This document shows, piece after piece, positions 63,901 to 64,000 of a stretch of 64,000 bases of DNA. Location: the NCBI GenBank assembly GCA_035601835.1, contig DATNNM010000018.1:133890-197889 (forward strand), given 5' to 3'. Origin of the DNA: Candidatus Tumulicola sp. (GTDB lineage Bacteria; Vulcanimicrobiota; Vulcanimicrobiia; Eremiobacterales; Eremiobacteraceae). The position numbers and the translations under genes are program-made. The notes below the pieces were generated by a model that saw nothing but the letters and a program-made list of their open reading frames with translations, did not search any database and was not told the DNA's origin. The first letter of the stretch is position 1. The number at the start of each line of letters is the position of its first letter.

Positions 63901-64000
63901 CCGGACATCCGCGGGTTAAATTACCCGGGAATAACCAGTGACAGTTACAGTTTGGAGCTGCAGCTCCTCGAGCAGTTTCCCAACACGCTAATGTTTGGGG
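60904..64000 (+). CDS. Rhs/YD-repeat polymorphic toxin cassette, 5'-truncated, open to the window end, distinct C-terminal domain
   Basis: Frame with codons starting at 60904, 60907 and so on, open from the TAG at 60901 to 64000. The track lists no stop-bounded ORF in this frame, and a hand translation of 63472..64000 found no stop. Collinear with copy 1 from about 55902. Core ends at GRIDPLGL (63471). Confidence 0.7.

Larger units (their letters stand above)
60599..64000. mobile_element. Integrative-element remnant 2 (runs off the window)
   Basis: Repeats the order att, terminator, arm repeats, integrase remnant, Rhs cassette. Confidence 0.55.

Overview
High-GC bacterial chromosomal segment with dense coding on both strands, no rRNA and no CRISPR array. 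Gene content from left to right:
- A MacB-type ABC exporter and an NHL lipoprotein.
- A formate dehydrogenase operon (fdnG-fdhE-fdnH plus an NrfD-type membrane subunit).
- A five-gene, translationally coupled His-Asp / c-di-GMP signalling operon, LuxR(LAL) and Lrp regulators, and a second GGDEF-EAL protein.
- A small decayed island at tRNA-Gly(CCC).
- Amino-acid and redox enzymes, tRNA-Phe, a TonB-dependent receptor, mntR-mntH with a divergent CDF-like gene, and small stress proteins.
- A two-gene operon of large secreted proteins of unknown function, and tRNA-Asp.
- An exported redox cluster (cupredoxin, STAS, TlpA, peroxiredoxin), a tricorn protease, an RND pump, thrC, a dinB operon, manA-like, msrA and two tRNA-Val genes.
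- Two tandem integrative-element remnants at tRNA-Val(GAC), each carrying a 5'-truncated Rhs polymorphic-toxin cassette.

Main hunt results:
1. Three in-frame UGA (selenocysteine) genes, each followed by a GC-rich hairpin. fdnG is the expected one. The other two are split by ORF calling: an exported PrxQ/BCP peroxiredoxin with U at the peroxidatic position, and a membrane-anchored thioredoxin-fold protein with an SPT-U-AVC motif inside a dinB operon.
2. A tandem unit of tRNA-Val 3' half, truncated integrase and N-terminally truncated Rhs. The two copies have different C-terminal toxins: one DUF4157-like HExxH domain with a lipoprotein immunity candidate, and one unassigned domain that runs off the window.
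3. A candidate His-Asp-His-Asp phosphorelay that uses a stand-alone DHp-only protein.
4. A REP/BIME-like family of GT(A/G)G-headed hairpins whose stems differ between copies but stay complementary.

All functional calls come from motif recognition by eye; no database search was run.
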